Part shown: in pieces, positions 61,438 through 64,000 of the stretch | Layout: the number at the start of each line of letters is the position of its first letter | Numbering within the stretch: position 1 is the first letter of the stretch | Assembly: GCA_001443445.1 (NCBI GenBank) | Contig: LDXN01000002.1 | Span: 20,939 to 84,938, forward strand | Length of the DNA: 64,000 nucleotides | Direction: 5' to 3' | DNA from: Candidatus Dadabacteria bacterium CSP1-2 | GTDB taxonomy: Bacteria > Desulfobacterota_D > UBA1144 > Nemesobacterales > CSP1-2 | Made by a program: the position numbers and the translations under genes | The notes under the pieces: generated by a model | What the model saw: only the letters and a program-made list of their open reading frames with translations | Databases searched by the model: none | Told to the model about the DNA's origin: nothing

Positions 61438-63147
61438 CTATCGCTTTATTTGATAACCTGCTACCTCTCTATCCCACGTATCAGGGGTTATACCTTCGTC
61501 ACGGAGTTTATTCTTCTGTACTCTTTCCGTTCCTGTCTTAGGGAAGGAACTTACAAATCGAATAAAACGGGGAATCATGAAGTAGGGCAGTTTTGGCTCA
61601 AGGAATTTTAAGAGTTCCTCTGGTGAAACATCTATACCGTGATTTTTTACAACGAAAACCATAACTTCATCCTCTGCATATCCACCGGTTTGAGCCTTTA
61701 CTCCAACCGCTGCTGATTCTGCAACAGCAGGATGAGAGTTTACAATCCTTTCAACCTCAAATGAGCTAATATTTTCGCCTCTTCGGCGAATGTAATCCTT
61801 TACTCTATCAACGAAATATATATATCCCTTTTTATCCATTCTTCCGGCATCACCAGTGTGAAACCAAAAGTTTCGAAAGTCCTGGACTGTTTTTTCAGGC
61901 ATCTTGTGGTAATAGTGAAGCATTATGTTTGGAATTCGGGGACGAACTACTATCTCTCCAACACCTCCTCTTGGGAGCTCTTCATCAGTCTCAGGATCCA
62001 CTATTTTAATTTCATAACCCGGCGATTCTTTTCCGCATGAACCAACTCGGAATGGCTCACCGGGACGCATAAATGTAACCTGACCTATCTCTGTGAGTCC
62101 GTACCCTTCCATGAACTTGATATTAAACCTTTCCATAAATGGCTCGATAATGTCATGTGGAGCTGGAGAACCTAGAACTAATTTAACTCTATGCTCCTTT
62201 TCCTCCGGCACTGGGGGAGTATTCCACATAAAATAAGACATCGTACCGACCATGTTAAACTTTGTAACCCCATAATCCTTCATCCATTTCCAGAACTGGG
62301 TAGCACTGTATTTTTCCTGAACGATTGCCCTTGCACCCATTATTAGAGCAGGATATACACTCATCACCATCGCATTTGAATGGAAAAGAGGAAGGCACGT
62401 AAAGCAAACATCATCCTCCCAAACATCCATAACCTCGGCGTAGTTTCTCGCGCTTTGGTAATCCGCCTGACAGGGTCTGACAACACCCTTTGACCTTCCT
62501 GTTGTTCCTGATGTGTACATAAGCCTTGCATGATCGAGATGGGTAATTTTCACATCTGGCTCATCTTCCCCGTGATCATTTAGAAACTCACTAAACGGAA
62601 TCATGGGTTTTGAATCAAAACCCTGAGAGTCGAATTTAGCAGCGCCTGTTCGTGTCCATACAATAACCTTTTCAAGCTGAGGAATTCTATCGGCAATCGG
62701 AGGCATTCTATCCATATACTCCTCTGCAATGAAAAGCACTTTAGAATCTGAACTATCTATGATGTACTGAAGGAAATCCATCTTGTATGCTGTATTTATG
62801 GGAACCATAATTCCGCCCATTTTTAGAATCCCGAACCACGTAAGAACATAGTCAGAAGAGTTAGGCATGTAGACGGCTACTTTTTCACCTTTTTTAACGC
62901 CAAGGTGCATAAGTCCATTCGCAATTCTATTGGCTAGAAGATTGATTTTGGAAAAACTAAACGGGGGATTGTTCCCAAATTGTAAAAAAGGTTTGTCACT
63001 GAGCTTTTCTGCTCTTTCCCTTAAAATAAGAGGCAGTACCCACTTAGTTCTATCTTCCCTCTCATACCACCTGACATCGAAAGGGCGACTCCTTTGCATG
63101 TTTACAGCGTATTTCAGGTCCTTGGGTCTTTTGGTTTTAACAGCCAT
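61438..63147 (-). CDS. AMP-dependent acyl-CoA synthetase/ligase (ANL superfamily)
   Basis: A3 YTSGTTGRSKGV, A5 GYGLTE, A7 HTGD, A8 GR.D and the A10 lysine are present. Confidence 0.9.
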   Translation of the reverse strand: MAVKTKRPKDLKYAVNMQRSRPFDVRWYEREDRTKWVLPLILRERAEKLSDKPFLQFGNNPPFSFSKINLLANRIANGLMHLGVKKGEKVAVYMPNSSDYVLTWFGILKMGGIMVPINTAYKMDFLQYIIDSSDSKVLFIAEEYMDRMPPIADRIPQLEKVIVWTRTGAAKFDSQGFDSKPMIPFSEFLNDHGEDEPDVKITHLDHARLMYTSGTTGRSKGVVRPCQADYQSARNYAEVMDVWEDDVCFTCLPLFHSNAMVMSVYPALIMGARAIVQEKYSATQFWKWMKDYGVTKFNMVGTMSYFMWNTPPVPEEKEHRVKLVLGSPAPHDIIEPFMERFNIKFMEGYGLTEIGQVTFMRPGEPFRVGSCGKESPGYEIKIVDPETDEELPRGGVGEIVVRPRIPNIMLHYYHKMPEKTVQDFRNFWFHTGDAGRMDKKGYIYFVDRVKDYIRRRGENISSFEVERIVNSHPAVAESAAVGVKAQTGGYAEDEVMVFVVKNHGIDVSPEELLKFLEPKLPYFMIPRFIRFVSSFPKTGTERVQKNKLRDEGITPDTWDREVAGYQIKR

Positions 63148-63297
63148 TGGTCTTTTACCTTCTCAAAAGATGATTCTATTTTCTAATGTGAGAGTTGAAT
63201 TGTCAAACTTTTTGCCACAGAGCACACCGAGACCACAGATTTTGTAAATTCTTTTTAAAAATTTCCTCTCTGTGTCCTCCGTGGCCAATAATTTTCC

Positions 63298-63990
63298 TTA
63301 TTTAAACGCCTTTCTTGTAGGAACAGCTAACACCTGTTCAAGTGTAAGGACTTTTAGGAATCTATTTCCACCCTCTACATATATCTGATCAATTCCTCCG
63401 AACTTTGCAGCTTCTAGCGCCTTCATCCCGCCATCAGTTACGTATTTCTCTCCTGTAAGCTTTATCGTTATAATACCGATGTCGTCTCTTCCATCAATCT
63501 TATTGGTATCCAATACCTCGATTCTTGCCCTTATCTTCTCATGTGGACCTTCTTTTCCACTTGCAAACAGCAACTGAACAATATCTCCTGGATAAGTCGG
63601 AGCATCGTGCGAGCCGCTATTCATTCCAAGATGATAAGCAAGTGGCAAATGTCCACTAACCTCCCCTTCCGCCCTTCCTTTCACTCCACCACCGTAGCCT
63701 ATGAAATTTGATGATGGATTATGATGCACAGCGGCATCATTAAGCGTCGCAATCTGAAGCCAGCTAAATGTTACAAGGTCAATTGCATCTTCAAATAAGC
63801 CATGATAAACATCCCCCACCTTAAAACCCTCAAATGTTTTTCCATTTTTTCCAAGGAAGTCTTTTGATAAATCATGATAAACTTTAGGCAAAACTGTTTT
63901 TTTAATATCAATCTTACTCGGCTGCGATATTATAGTGCTTGCTTTGGGGTAGCTTTTCCCACTTTCTGCTCTTACGAGCACCTGCCTCAC
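63298..63990 (-). CDS. hypothetical protein (5' end may lie beyond window)
   Basis: 230-aa ORF reaching the window edge, in the same orientation as and immediately upstream of the acyl-CoA ligase. I recognise no family. Confidence 0.4.
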   Translation of the reverse strand: MRQVLVRAESGKSYPKASTIISQPSKIDIKKTVLPKVYHDLSKDFLGKNGKTFEGFKVGDVYHGLFEDAIDLVTFSWLQIATLNDAAVHHNPSSNFIGYGGGVKGRAEGEVSGHLPLAYHLGMNSGSHDAPTYPGDIVQLLFASGKEGPHEKIRARIEVLDTNKIDGRDDIGIITIKLTGEKYVTDGGMKALEAAKFGGIDQIYVEGGNRFLKVLTLEQVLAVPTRKAFK

Positions 63991-64000
63991 GTATTCGAGT

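Noticed and set aside
62930-63247. 105-aa plus-strand ORF
   Set aside because: It overlaps the 5' end of the acyl-CoA ligase on the opposite strand and extends into the intergenic spacer. It has a hydrophobic, low-complexity translation and no support.
1-64000. CRISPR arrays, tRNA, rRNA
   Set aside because: The interspersed repeats are irregularly spaced, of heterogeneous length and palindromic, so this is not a repeat-spacer array. I found no clover-leaf tRNA signatures (no GTTCRANYC T-loop in intergenic DNA) and no rRNA-like segments.

Overview
This is a roughly 40% GC bacterial chromosomal segment with several higher-GC patches. TamA/TamB, RlpA-SPOR, LysM-MltD and MurJ indicate a diderm organism; I cannot assign the lineage from sequence alone.

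Core content, left to right:
- A degraded AMP-ligase remnant, then an orphan class-III-like phaC.
- The panD-panC-panB operon on the minus strand with a bidirectional terminator.
- moaE and rlpA, then an AlaA-like aminotransferase.
- tamB and a BamA/TamA-family Omp85 gene, separated by a repeat insertion and a decayed small ORF.
- LysM-MltD, gatB, plsC, carA, and a DASS transporter.
- An accessory patch at 23.5-31.7 kb: an AKR; a foreign-looking class-3 lipase; a chimeric pseudogene marking a rearrangement junction; two paralogous beta-carbonic anhydrases (one Tat-exported); an Apd1-like Suc_Fer ferredoxin; a TIGR03067-like lipoprotein; an AbrB/MazE-RelE TA pair; and an Mrr-cat nuclease in an AT-rich islet.
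- murJ, an MBL hydrolase, and a DUF4911-like ORF.
- A complete dcw cluster mraZ-rsmH-ftsL-ftsI(PASTA)-murE-murF-mraY-murD-ftsW-murG-murC-murB-ftsQ-ftsA-ftsZ with no ddl, preceded by a promoter and a three-repeat MraZ-box-like operator.
- A TIGR03960-like radical SAM gene right after ftsZ.
- A second accessory, higher-GC patch at 54.5-64 kb: a third beta-CA, cupin, SnoaL, a signal-peptide MhpD-like hydratase, a Tat-signal flavin amine oxidase, an LLM monooxygenase, an aromatic/Cys-rich secreted protein, an acyl-CoA ligase and a partial unknown gene.

Intergenic spaces are colonised by at least three families of short palindromic MITE-like repeats, with 10 or more copies that generate spurious ORFs. 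I see no tRNA, rRNA or CRISPR array. I could not identify a single clearly novel system. The best candidates for a second look are the rearranged secreted-enzyme patch with the AT-rich TA + Mrr-cat nuclease islet, the repeat families, and the high-GC oxidase/ligase island.
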